Shown in pieces: positions 9,820 to 19,424 of a stretch of 64,000 nucleotides of DNA (positions are counted from its first letter, which is position 1; each line of letters starts with the position of its first letter). This DNA is from a virus, in the IMG/VR virus record IMGVR_UViG_3300031972_001405, positions 23,425-87,424 of that record, one strand, 5' to 3'. Below the pieces are notes generated by a model. It ran no database searches. It had not been told where the DNA came from and was given only the letters and a program-made list of their open reading frames with translations. Made by a program: the position numbers and the translations under genes.

Positions 9820-10271
9820 ACAAACATTCCTTTCTTATCCATGTACTGGAGAGCTTCTTTGAGATTACCAATATGCTTGGCACCAATAGCAACTTGAGGA
9901 TACGTTGCTCCTGCACCAAACTCTTGATTAAATGCCCTTTGTGTAAAATGTTCATTGAGACGATACTCATGAAACTTGACATCAATATGAGATAGTAGGG
10001 AGCAGATTCGTTCACACTCCTGACTACCATCGCTATAGACTACGCAAAGATTGTCGAGCATTTTGTTTCTAGCAAGTCTTTGGTTTTCTTTTTCCCACAT
10101 ATCAGCAACCATATCAACAGTATGTCTTACTGGTTGAGGTATAGGAGTGGCATTTTGCCATTCATCAATTGCTTCTTGTGTGGGAATAGCAATTCTGAAT
10201 GGGATGTCATCATCAATGAACTCTTGGTTCATATCAATATATGTTTGAGGAGTAATTTTAATTTCAGTCAC
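9816..10271 (-). CDS. Glutaredoxin-like protein with an N-terminal extension
   Basis: C-terminal VYSDGSQECER...EFGAGATYPQV.IG..HIG Grx fold. Probable GTG start at 10271 overlaps the upstream gene end. Confidence 0.7.
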   Translation of the reverse strand: MTEIKITPQTYIDMNQEFIDDDIPFRIAIPTQEAIDEWQNATPIPQPVRHTVDMVADMWEKENQRLARNKMLDNLCVVYSDGSQECERICSLLSHIDVKFHEYRLNEHFTQRAFNQEFGAGATYPQVAIGAKHIGNLKEALQYMDKKGMFV

Positions 10272-10578
10272 GTTGCCTCCAGTCATCAGGTTTATCTTGC
10301 TGAAACCAATTTTTAATGTCTTCAGGACTATCAAATCCAGTTTTATGATTGGATGGATCTGGATCTCCTAAACCCATCCTATTCATAAAATCATCTATAC
10401 TTCCCTCTTCAATGTTTTGTGATGCTTGGCGTCTTGCCATCTTTAACATCTCATTAGCAGATGTATTTGCTTTAGCAAGTTTCTGTGCCCAAACCATATC
10501 GTCTAGTTTGACTTCTTCATTATTTGCAATACATTTGCAAATAAATTCTAATCGCAGTCTATATTGGGTAGATAGCAT
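10264..10578 (-). CDS. Conserved hypothetical cyanophage protein
   Basis: MLSTQYRLRLEFIC...DDWRQRD, preceded by a CTAAATA late box at 10600-10606. Confidence 0.8.
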   Translation of the reverse strand: MLSTQYRLRLEFICKCIANNEEVKLDDMVWAQKLAKANTSANEMLKMARRQASQNIEEGSIDDFMNRMGLGDPDPSNHKTGFDSPEDIKNWFQQDKPDDWRQRD

Positions 10579-10608
10579 GTAGATTCAACTCGTCATCTCT
10601 ATTTAGAC

Positions 10609-10635
10609 AAAAAAAGAGGGGTCCGAAGACCCCTC
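10609..10635 (-). terminator. Rho-independent terminator after gp23
   Basis: GAGGGGTC-TTCG-GACCCCTC followed by T7; C(UUCG)G tetraloop. Confidence 0.92.
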
Positions 10636-10668
10636 AGCACTATCCTTCACACGGTGAGGATATTTATA

Positions 10669-12078
10669 TCACATCAAGTTCGTGACCTTGACGCGACGAT
10701 AGTAACGGTTTGCGTTTACACGCAGTCTGCCAAGACCCTGGGTGGTGCCTTCTGCGAATGGGTTAGCGACCAGACCATAACGGGTCTTGAAGCCAATCTT
10801 CGGCTGGAAGGAGTTCTCACCAACTGCACGAACCATCTGAAGAGGAACGTAAGGGCAGTAGAAGATGCCAGCATCATAAGGGGAAGTACCCTTATAACCA
10901 ACAACATAGTACTGGTTAGCACTATTGTTAGCAGCGTAAGGATCGATGTATACGCGATACTTACCATTAATAGTACCAGCAAATGTGTTGCCAGTGTCAT
11001 CAACGCTCAGGTTAGCGTTAAGAGCAGGGGTGTAATCCAGGATGCCTGCCATCGTGAGTGCGGAAGCAACGTCTGCAGAACACAGAACAATGTTGCCTTT
11101 GCCTCTACGAGTTCTTTGTGCAATCTGGTTCGCATCTCTTTCGATTTGGAACAGAAGACCCTTGAACTTCTCAACAGACCAGCGACCATTGGAGTCAACG
11201 TCCAGGTTGAACTCACCAGCAGTTGCAGTGTTGAGGGTAGCGCCTTGCTCGGCAACCTTGTAGATGGTTCTGATCACTTCTCTGTTGATTTCCGCAAGGA
11301 TTTCAGTAGAGAGGATGTTAGCAAGTTCTGCTTCAGCGTTAAGACCGTGAATTGCCTTAAGGTCTTGTGCCAGTTCCAGAGAGTACTCTGCTTTCAGCGC
11401 ACGAGACTTAGCAGTAACGGTGACTTTCTCGATCGAGAATGCCATCTCGTTGAAGGCATCCGAACCAGTGCCGTCCAGAGCTTCAGCATCGCCAGTTGCC
11501 ATGCCCTGACCCACGGTATAACCGAGGGAAGATGCAGAACCAACAGGGTTGAGTGCAGATGGGTTGCTACCAGTCTGTGAGGTAGTACCCAAACCAGCAA
11601 CGTTATCGCTACCAGTAAGATCGAAACCATGATCCTGACCAGAGAAGGCAGTATCTGCTTCGTCGAAGAATGCTTCAGTACCGCCTTGACCTGGGGTGCC
11701 AGGACCAGCATAACGTGAACGCATTGCGAAGATCAGTCCAGTAGGACCGCTCATCGGTTGAACGCCTGCAAGGTCATATGCGACCAAGTTAGGCATAGAG
11801 CGTCTGATCAAGGAGATCAGAACGGGGTCGAAACCAGCAGTAGGACCAGCAGCGGCAGAACTGCCACTGAAAGCACCAGACCCACCAGCGGCATTACCAG
11901 CGTTGGTAGGCGTTTCCATCAGGTTGAAACCTGACTGGAAAGACTGCTCTTCTTGTAAAAACTTTTCTTGATTTTCTAGCAGAACAGCGGTAACTGCTCT
12001 ACGGTGTGAGTCGGAGATTCCTCCGTCGTGGTCGAGAAGTGGCTTCCACTTTTCAACCAGATGCTCTGATTGGAACAT
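10669..12078 (-). CDS. gp23: Major capsid protein
   Basis: AVLLENQ, GVQPMSGPTGLIFAMR, SRALKAEYS.ELAQDLKAIHGL, FQPKIGFKTRYG. Confidence 0.99.
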   Translation of the reverse strand: MFQSEHLVEKWKPLLDHDGGISDSHRRAVTAVLLENQEKFLQEEQSFQSGFNLMETPTNAGNAAGGSGAFSGSSAAAGPTAGFDPVLISLIRRSMPNLVAYDLAGVQPMSGPTGLIFAMRSRYAGPGTPGQGGTEAFFDEADTAFSGQDHGFDLTGSDNVAGLGTTSQTGSNPSALNPVGSASSLGYTVGQGMATGDAEALDGTGSDAFNEMAFSIEKVTVTAKSRALKAEYSLELAQDLKAIHGLNAEAELANILSTEILAEINREVIRTIYKVAEQGATLNTATAGEFNLDVDSNGRWSVEKFKGLLFQIERDANQIAQRTRRGKGNIVLCSADVASALTMAGILDYTPALNANLSVDDTGNTFAGTINGKYRVYIDPYAANNSANQYYVVGYKGTSPYDAGIFYCPYVPLQMVRAVGENSFQPKIGFKTRYGLVANPFAEGTTQGLGRLRVNANRYYRRVKVTNLM

Positions 12079-12118
12079 TTCTTTATAAGGTTAGTGTTTG
12101 CTTTAATAAAAAATTCAA

Positions 12119-13204
12119 CTAGTTGCCAGCTGCGTCTAGGAACTTAAGGTAATGAGACATTCTGCCTTCCGAAGAAGCGCCTGCATCATCTACACCTTCC
12201 GAGAGTGACTCAGCTTGAGCAGATTGGGAAGTGGTTTTGCCGCTAGTGAAGTACGACTCCTTAAGCGTTTCCAGTCTTCCTCTATAAGATTCTTCACTTT
12301 CAAACTCTACACCTTCTGCGAGAGAAGCGAGTTTCTCTTTCTGAGTGGAAGCAAGTCCATCAGAAACGTTCTCCAGAATACCATCAGCAACCGACTCTGC
12401 GAGGCGCTTGTTGAGTGTAATATTTCTATCGATTTGCTCGTTGAGTTTAGTCTCCATGTCATCTAGTTTCTCTACCATATTGGAGAGAACATCATACTTA
12501 TCTTCAGGGATGGTTACATAATGTTCTTCAAAAAGACTCTTCATTCCGCCGAGGAATGATTCGGTCATTTCGGACTTAAGTCCGTTTTCAACAGCGAGTT
12601 GATTCTCGGATAGCCACTCATCAGCGACATATTCCAAGTAAGAGTCAACACGCTCTTGGAGTTCGACTTTCATAGAGTCGATCTCTTCGGCAACACGCTC
12701 TTGATATTGAGCTTCTAGTGCCTCTTTGATTTCTGCAGCCTTAGCGGTCAAAGCAGCTTCAAAGATAGTCTTTGCTTTCTCTCTGAATTCTTCAGAAAGT
12801 TCTTCGCCACCGAGAAGAGCATTAACGTCTTCATCAACGTCATACTCTGCAGTTTCTTCGACAGTTTCCTCTTCGGTAACTTCGTCTTCGGCAACGATTT
12901 CTTGACCGTCCTCTAGCACTTCTTCTTCCTCTTCTTTGGACATCGATTGCATAGGATCGGCCTTCTTTGCGCCACGATTAACAACGTCAGCAACAGTACG
13001 AAGATTTGGTTCTTTCAGTTTTGCCGAGTCATCATCGGGTTTGTAGTTTTCGGGGGTAGGCCCACCGAGGTCTTCTACTGATGCGAGTTGAGTACCTGGA
13101 TCTGCCATTGTCGGCATTGGATCACCCGCCTTAGCACCGCGAGTAACTTGATCAGATACTTTCGTAGTCTTAGTTTCCATTTCTTGTAAGCGTCCAAGCG
13201 ACAT
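12119..13204 (-). CDS. gp22: Prohead core scaffolding protein
   Basis: Acidic coiled coil, KAKTIFEAA, YLEYVADEW; lies between gp21 and gp23. Confidence 0.93.
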   Translation of the reverse strand: MSLGRLQEMETKTTKVSDQVTRGAKAGDPMPTMADPGTQLASVEDLGGPTPENYKPDDDSAKLKEPNLRTVADVVNRGAKKADPMQSMSKEEEEEVLEDGQEIVAEDEVTEEETVEETAEYDVDEDVNALLGGEELSEEFREKAKTIFEAALTAKAAEIKEALEAQYQERVAEEIDSMKVELQERVDSYLEYVADEWLSENQLAVENGLKSEMTESFLGGMKSLFEEHYVTIPEDKYDVLSNMVEKLDDMETKLNEQIDRNITLNKRLAESVADGILENVSDGLASTQKEKLASLAEGVEFESEESYRGRLETLKESYFTSGKTTSQSAQAESLSEGVDDAGASSEGRMSHYLKFLDAAGN

Positions 13205-13240
13205 TGAAGGTTTCTCCGATTAATCTACTTAATCTATATT

Positions 13241-13248
13241 TATTTATA
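13241..13248 (-). promoter_or_regulatory. Late promoter TATAAATA for gp22-gp23
   Basis: Exact T4 late consensus in the intergenic gap. Confidence 0.85.
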
Positions 13249-13250
13249 AT

Positions 13251-13901
13251 CTAAAGATTTGCAAGGAAGTCGTTGAAAAGATCCAATTTCTTCTCGTCAA
13301 GTTGTTTTTGTGTTACCAATGTATTGATATGATTGTATGTCTTACGGGCAGCTGCCTCTCTAAGAATGCCTCCATCCCATACCCAATCCTTTCCTTCCAT
13401 GATTCCTGATACAAATGCATCAGGTGCAGAGGGGTCAGCAACAATGTCAGCAGCAGTTGCCAACGTGAAGTCTTCACCAACAACATTGGTGCCTTCACGA
13501 GTCATACTCAATGAACCAATACCACGAGAAGAAACGCCCAACTTAACACCTTCATCGATAAGATTTTGTGCAATCTTACCCATAGGGGTGCTGAGGATCT
13601 TTGCCTTACCAATAAAATTAGAACCACTTTCTCTAAGAGAAACGATCTTGTGTGAAACTCGATCTAGGTTAACGGTAGGACCCTCAGGATGTCCAAGTTC
13701 ACCCAAAGCACGACCACTTTGGATATGGTTTTCATTGTAACGAGACACTTCTTTACGAAGAGTTTCCATAGGATACATCCGACCATTACGGTTCTTGATA
13801 TCTCCTTGAAGAAATACTCCCTCAATGTACAGGGATTTTTTGCCGTTCTTTTGTTCGACAATGAAATCGACTGATTCGATTTCTTCTCTGATAAGTTTCA
13901 T
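13251..13901 (-). CDS. gp21: Prohead protease
   Basis: NRNGRMY, ALGELGHP, GVSSRG, DIVADPSAPDA. Start placed at the ATG at 13901 (MKLIREE). Confidence 0.97.
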   Translation of the reverse strand: MKLIREEIESVDFIVEQKNGKKSLYIEGVFLQGDIKNRNGRMYPMETLRKEVSRYNENHIQSGRALGELGHPEGPTVNLDRVSHKIVSLRESGSNFIGKAKILSTPMGKIAQNLIDEGVKLGVSSRGIGSLSMTREGTNVVGEDFTLATAADIVADPSAPDAFVSGIMEGKDWVWDGGILREAAARKTYNHINTLVTQKQLDEKKLDLFNDFLANL

Positions 13902-13906
13902 TTTGC

Positions 13907-14179
13907 TTAGTTTGTAAATCCTACTTTGGCGAACTTCACAGCAGCGTGACCAGCCCACATAACATCCTTATAGTCTTTATCAACAAATTCAACCGTTGCA
14001 GGAGCAACCGTAATTGAACCATAACCAACTACATCAGCAGTTGAGGTGGAAACAGCAACAAAGACAGCAGCACTATGTCCGTTGTAAACACGAACAAGTC
14101 TTGCATGACCGACCGAACTAGCGGTACTAACAACAGTTGTGGCGGCAATTTCTTTGCCAATCATACGAGTAAAACTCAT
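13907..14179 (-). CDS. Small hypothetical protein in the head operon
   Basis: 90-aa ORF translationally coupled (ATGA overlap) between the gp67-like gene and gp21. Confidence 0.7.
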   Translation of the reverse strand: MSFTRMIGKEIAATTVVSTASSVGHARLVRVYNGHSAAVFVAVSTSTADVVGYGSITVAPATVEFVDKDYKDVMWAGHAAVKFAKVGFTN

Positions 14180-14373
14180 TCTTCTTCCTCAGGATCTTCT
14201 GTGATTTCATCTTCAATTTCCCCTAACTCATCTTCGCCAAACAAAGTTGTAGCTACGACTGGTTTAAGATTTTCAATCCTCTCTGCTGATTTAGAAAACA
14301 GAGCGTCTTTAATTTGGTCACTGATTTGCGACGGTGATTCCGCAGAAATCATCAAATCCATAAGATCATCCAT
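14176..14373 (-). CDS. Small acidic prohead core protein (gp67-like)
   Basis: 65 aa with an acidic tail, directly after the portal gene; TATAAATA at 14401-14408. Confidence 0.65.
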   Translation of the reverse strand: MDDLMDLMISAESPSQISDQIKDALFSKSAERIENLKPVVATTLFGEDELGEIEDEITEDPEEEE

Positions 14374-14409
14374 TGGAAATTAATATAAACATACTAAATA
14401 TATTTATAC

Positions 14410-16095
14410 TCAAATAATTCCACCGTCTGGGGATTCAGTTGACTTGCCCTGTTTTTCTAAATCTGGTTCAGTAACTGGTGCTCCAAGATCCATACCTGCA
14501 GCTGGTGCAGATTCTGATGGCTGTCCTGGTTCTGCACCCCCTAGACCATCAACTGCCATATCCATTTCATAAGGATCAGCAATCACACCTTGCTTAATTT
14601 CCTTCTGGATGATATCATCTTGTTCGATCATTTCATCATCACTCTGACGCAAGATCTTACGGCGAACATAATCTTGTGAGAAGTATCTTCCAACATAAGG
14701 TTCTGCAACCTGAATGAGGTTGAGTCTTTCTTGCATAAGTTCTGCTTCTTTGAGTTCTGAGAAATGATTGTCGTAGATAAAGTCAAACTGAATATGCTCA
14801 GACATTGACTCCCAGTCTTCAACTGTGACAATGTTCTTGAGAAGTAATTGTGTTCTCAGCATATCTAAGAACATATTACTAAAGCGTTTGCGGAGTCTAC
14901 CTACAAACTTACTAAACTTAAGTTCATCTCTCAGAATTTCTGAAGATCTGCCAAGATTAAATCCACCATCACCCTCTAGTCTAGAGACAGGGACGTTCAG
15001 TGCTCTATAAAGTTTCTTCTTAAAGTATTCAATATCTGTAATTTCTCCAAGGTTTTGTCCACCAGGGAGAGTTGTGATCTCTGTTCCTCTACCACCTTCG
15101 CGACGAGGCAACCAGAAATCCTCAAGCATACTCATATGCTTTTTCTCATCTCGCATCTCACCTGTGTTAGCATCATATACTAATTTGTTACGATAGCGAC
15201 CCATAACATCACGCAGATATTGTTCTGCTTTTTGCTTTGGCAAATTGCCAACATCAATATAGAAAATTCTACGTTCTGGAGCGCGAGAAATACGATAGAT
15301 TACCAAGGAGTCTTCAATCATCCGAAGTTGATTGAGTGCCTTGATTGCCTTATGCAAATATGATAGTGTCGTTCCTCTATTACGGTCAACTAAACCAGAC
15401 GTACAATATGAAATAGAATCTTTTGTAAATTTGATTCCTTTACCCTGACCTTGAGCACCATGTGGGATTCCAGGTTGCTTACTCAATTTGGGGGTGTATA
15501 CAAAATACTCTTCGATTGGTGGGAAAGCAGAACCAACCTCTTCGTTCTGTTGTAGATTTGCTCTCAGTCTATCTTCTTTAGGTTGAATAGCATGTCTCAC
15601 AAAACGCATTTTCATTGCGTCAATATACCGAAGTTCTTTAATACCTTCTTCTGGCTTCTTTACATCGATTACTTTGTGATAATATAGTCTACCATCCACA
15701 TACCAATTACGATAAATCTCATGAGATTTTTTATCAAAATCCATAAGGTCTTTAATAACTTTAAATTCTTCTCTTATTTTTTTCTTAATTCCTTCACTAG
15801 CATTGAGGTTTGATAGTTCAATTTCTACTGGACTATCGTTAGTATCTGTGACAATTGCTTCCTGGATAATATCTTCAATCGCACTATCGCACTCTGGGTG
15901 CAATGACATCTCACGATATCGTTTGATTAAATCAAACTCAGTTTTGAATACACCTTCTAAGTCAACATATGACCCAAAAAACCCACTAGTCAGATAGTTG
16001 TCATTCCCGTCCTCTTGTGAAGGAGGAACGGGAGACACTACTGTCTTAGCAGGTTCTTCGTTTGGTTGAATTGAAAAGCCAAATAATTTAGCCAT
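14410..16095 (-). CDS. gp20: Portal protein
   Basis: RAPERRIFYIDVGNLPK, EDFWLPRREGGRGTEITTLPGG. Late box AATAAATA at 16121-16128. Confidence 0.99.
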   Translation of the reverse strand: MAKLFGFSIQPNEEPAKTVVSPVPPSQEDGNDNYLTSGFFGSYVDLEGVFKTEFDLIKRYREMSLHPECDSAIEDIIQEAIVTDTNDSPVEIELSNLNASEGIKKKIREEFKVIKDLMDFDKKSHEIYRNWYVDGRLYYHKVIDVKKPEEGIKELRYIDAMKMRFVRHAIQPKEDRLRANLQQNEEVGSAFPPIEEYFVYTPKLSKQPGIPHGAQGQGKGIKFTKDSISYCTSGLVDRNRGTTLSYLHKAIKALNQLRMIEDSLVIYRISRAPERRIFYIDVGNLPKQKAEQYLRDVMGRYRNKLVYDANTGEMRDEKKHMSMLEDFWLPRREGGRGTEITTLPGGQNLGEITDIEYFKKKLYRALNVPVSRLEGDGGFNLGRSSEILRDELKFSKFVGRLRKRFSNMFLDMLRTQLLLKNIVTVEDWESMSEHIQFDFIYDNHFSELKEAELMQERLNLIQVAEPYVGRYFSQDYVRRKILRQSDDEMIEQDDIIQKEIKQGVIADPYEMDMAVDGLGGAEPGQPSESAPAAGMDLGAPVTEPDLEKQGKSTESPDGGII

Positions 16096-16137
16096 TATGA
16101 TATAGTGGACTTACCAAATCTATTTATTCAACCAGAA

Positions 16138-16770
16138 TTATGAGAGTGATCCAGGACCAGCACCGATCTCAAACCACTGAACTTGAAGTTCTACTGTGAA
16201 ATCTTCAAGAGTATCAGTAGTTTCATATGATAGATCGATAGCAGAGATGTTCGTTGGGAAAACATCGTAGAAACGATATGATCTCAGAACATTACTCTTA
16301 GTGCCCGTGCCTACTTTGCCAGATCCAGCATCTGGGACCGAATTAATGGTCTCTTTGCCTTTACCGCCTCTACCGAGTTGGTAGACATATGCATCTCTCA
16401 TATATGAAGTCGGGTTAGTAGCACCCGTATAGTTAGAGAGTTTTGCGATACCGTTCATCCACATTTCCATGGCATGACGAATTTTAAAGTCTTCGTCATT
16501 GATAACGGTAATAGTCCATGTCTCAAAGGTTCTGTCACCAGCGACCTTCAGGATTCGACCCCTGAAGGGAACGTCAACTGGAGCGACGTTCGATGCTGGA
16601 AGTTGCGCTGCTTTGCAAAGGAAAGTGAGATCCTTGAGGGTCTCTTGATCCTTTGTTACGAAAGCAGGGAACTCAGGAATCTGTACTTCAAACAGATTAG
16701 GTCTCGCACCACCACCTTTAAGTACGGACTTAAAGTTGGAAATAGTCTTAATTGTTGGTGATTCAGCCAT
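16138..16770 (-). CDS. gp19: Tail tube protein
   Basis: GGARPNLFEV, VPFRGR.LKVAGDRTFETWT.TV.ND.DF. Confidence 0.97.
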   Translation of the reverse strand: MAESPTIKTISNFKSVLKGGGARPNLFEVQIPEFPAFVTKDQETLKDLTFLCKAAQLPASNVAPVDVPFRGRILKVAGDRTFETWTITVINDEDFKIRHAMEMWMNGIAKLSNYTGATNPTSYMRDAYVYQLGRGGKGKETINSVPDAGSGKVGTGTKSNVLRSYRFYDVFPTNISAIDLSYETTDTLEDFTVELQVQWFEIGAGPGSLS

Positions 16771-16805
16771 TGCTCTTTAATCTCCTGTAGTTATTTACTA
16801 GTGGT

Positions 16806-19097
16806 TCAAACTCTGCCAGCGACTTCTTGGAAGTCAACTCCAGTTCTAGTAGCAACAAACGTCAGTGTAACGTAGTTGATAGACTTGGTGGGCTTCAGGA
16901 AGATGTCGGCGCGGAATTCATTATTGTCAATAATATCGGGGGTGTTGTTAGTCTCATCACAGATGACAAGATAATCATAAACACCTCGTTTCGCTTGAAC
17001 GTCACGGAGGTAAGGTTCAACAATGTTGATGAAGTTTGCTCTAGTCAGTTCATCATTCAGTTCAAACAGTTGAGCTTCGGCAGCACCTTGAAGTGCTTGT
17101 TCAACAGTCAGGAACAAACGACGGACGTTGATTCTGTCAAACGCAGAAGCATATCCGAGAGCAGTCTTATCACCAAAGAGCAGAACACCAAGACCAGGAG
17201 TGGAGACTACAGGGTTAATTCTGGCTTCATAGAGTTGATCTCTTTCTGCTTGGTTCGGGTTGTATGCCAGTTTAACGGCATTGTTCAGAATTCCTCTTTG
17301 CTGACCAGCAGGTGAATACCATGGGAAAGCATTAAGAGCAGTTCTTACACATAGACCAGCGATATCTCCATTGGTTGGAATATATCTAAACTGATTGTTA
17401 AATCTATCAAAAGTATACTTATATCCAGAATCAAAGATCGCATATGATGTGGATGGAATTCCATTGAAGTGCTTCAACAGAGAATCAGTCTGCGTATCAC
17501 TATCGGTTTTTCCAACCAAATCGGATCTATGTGGTCCAATTACAGCAATACAATCCTTTCTTTCATTAGCAACAGAGATTAGTCTACCAGCTTTTGCTTG
17601 AGACTCTTCATTTGTGGCACATCCAGGACCCATGATCAAGAAATCAACTGCTACATCCTTAGGTCTAAACAGATTATATGAAGTAATCAAGTCTCCGAGA
17701 CTTGCCTTCATTCCACCGTTATCATCATAATCTTGACCACCCTTAAGGGTAAATCCTTGGTTTCCAATTGAAGAGAACGTAATTCCCTGTGCATCTAGAC
17801 CCCAAAGACCGAGGTTCTGCGTAACCACGCTAGTAGTGATAGAAACATTACTAACATAGTTTGTTGTAAATCCAGTTGCGGTAGGAGCCCAGTTATACTC
17901 CTCATTGTTTTCACACAATTCGGATGGGTTACGACCAGCAAAGATGTACTCAGAGAAGTCTGCAAGATAATCTTTGTAGTAAATTCTTGTAGGTGCGTTA
18001 GCAGAACTTACAGCGTCCGCTGCCTTAGACAGTGACGGGTGAACTTCCAGGATATTTGCCTGGATACCAGTGATAGTACCGCTATCATCAACAACAGCAA
18101 CGTGAATGCCATCGTTCTTTCCTTGTCTATCAAGGACATATGCGTTAGAAACTGGCTTCGATGCAATAGATTTCCAGAAGATTGTTCCGTTGTCTAGTGG
18201 AAGTTTCTGTTGATCATACCAGTCAACGGCTGTGGTAGCAGCAAGACCTGTTGCACTAACAAGAGCTCCAGCGTTATCTCTGAAGTAAAGTCTGTTAGTG
18301 TTACCAACACCAGCAAAACCAGCAGTATTTGCTTGGAAAGCGTTAGTGCTGCTCTTCTTCTGATAATAGATCTTAGTTTCTGTCTCACCAGTTCCAACCG
18401 TCTCTACACGAGAAACGATCTTAACATCAATACTATTACCACCCATCGTGCCAGCAGCACCAGCGGTATTAATACCAGTGATGATTCCTTTCAGATAACC
18501 ATTGAACACTGAAGTCGCATTCGTGGTGAAACCAGATTGTGCAGGCAGTGTTACAGATTCTAGAGCAACGGTGACGCCATATCCGACATTAAGACCAAAA
18601 CCTGCAGGACCGAATGTTCCCATTCCAGCCACACCCAAGGTCTGGTCTGCAAGGTCGTCAATCATGCAAACTTTAAGTGTGTTTGCCCATTGACCTGGGT
18701 TTTGAGCAGCAAAATACCAACCACTATCGGTTTGGTAATTTAACTTATAATCATCATAGTTCTTAAGGTAAAGCGAAGTATCGCTAGATACGCCTGCTGA
18801 ACCTGCGTTTGCGTTGTTTAGTGTTCCCCCTCCAGTACGAACGACCTTGATAATACCACCGTATGTAAGATACGATGCTGCGGTCATCCAATATTCGTAC
18901 TGTGCGTCCGTGGAAAGTGGTTTACCGAATTTCTTGATGAGTTCCTGTTCCGTCTCAACTTGAATCGGATCGTCGATGGGGCCTTGAGAAAAGGGTCCAG
19001 CGATTGCTCCGATATTGTCAAGTACGTTTTCGGCTCTACCTACGGTAAGGTCAACTTCCCTGGTTAATACGCCAGGAGACAAAAGCTGTACTGCCAT
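16806..19097 (-). CDS. gp18: Tail sheath protein
   Basis: LSPGVLTREVDLT, PWYSPAG..RG, FDRINVRRLF, FELND..TR. Confidence 0.98.
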   Translation of the reverse strand: MAVQLLSPGVLTREVDLTVGRAENVLDNIGAIAGPFSQGPIDDPIQVETEQELIKKFGKPLSTDAQYEYWMTAASYLTYGGIIKVVRTGGGTLNNANAGSAGVSSDTSLYLKNYDDYKLNYQTDSGWYFAAQNPGQWANTLKVCMIDDLADQTLGVAGMGTFGPAGFGLNVGYGVTVALESVTLPAQSGFTTNATSVFNGYLKGIITGINTAGAAGTMGGNSIDVKIVSRVETVGTGETETKIYYQKKSSTNAFQANTAGFAGVGNTNRLYFRDNAGALVSATGLAATTAVDWYDQQKLPLDNGTIFWKSIASKPVSNAYVLDRQGKNDGIHVAVVDDSGTITGIQANILEVHPSLSKAADAVSSANAPTRIYYKDYLADFSEYIFAGRNPSELCENNEEYNWAPTATGFTTNYVSNVSITTSVVTQNLGLWGLDAQGITFSSIGNQGFTLKGGQDYDDNGGMKASLGDLITSYNLFRPKDVAVDFLIMGPGCATNEESQAKAGRLISVANERKDCIAVIGPHRSDLVGKTDSDTQTDSLLKHFNGIPSTSYAIFDSGYKYTFDRFNNQFRYIPTNGDIAGLCVRTALNAFPWYSPAGQQRGILNNAVKLAYNPNQAERDQLYEARINPVVSTPGLGVLLFGDKTALGYASAFDRINVRRLFLTVEQALQGAAEAQLFELNDELTRANFINIVEPYLRDVQAKRGVYDYLVICDETNNTPDIIDNNEFRADIFLKPTKSINYVTLTFVATRTGVDFQEVAGRV

Positions 19098-19178
19098 TAG
19101 TTTCTCCTACTAATATCATTTGTCTTCAAATATTTATTATTCGGAACTATTTCAACTGAGGAAACAATGCATGAACAA

Positions 19179-19424
19179 CTACCAATCAGGATATAGTTCT
19201 CCTTCTAATCTCTTCGTCTTTTCTCTTCTAGATCTAGATATCCTTTTCTTGGAACAGTCCTTACATTCATATGAATATGATGATGGTTGATACTTATTCT
19301 TTCGAGTTCTGTAGAAACCATCAATAAGATTTTTTGTTTTACCACACACCCTACACTTTCTATCGGTAAGATAGAGATGTTCTATCTGAAATTGTTCTTC
19401 AACATTCATTATTGATATTCCCAC
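19179..19424 (-). CDS. Small zinc-finger-like protein
   Basis: CRVC...FY...YECKDC, ending YPDW; lies between gp17 and gp18. Confidence 0.7.
   Translation of the reverse strand: MGISIMNVEEQFQIEHLYLTDRKCRVCGKTKNLIDGFYRTRKNKYQPSSYSYECKDCSKKRISRSRREKTKRLEGELYPDW

Noticed and set aside
9250-10668. No gp24 vertex gene after gp23
   Set aside because: Ordinary for T4-like cyanophages.
10654-11580. 308-aa plus-strand ORF
   Set aside because: Antisense shadow of gp23 caused by codon bias; no recognisable motifs or expression signals.
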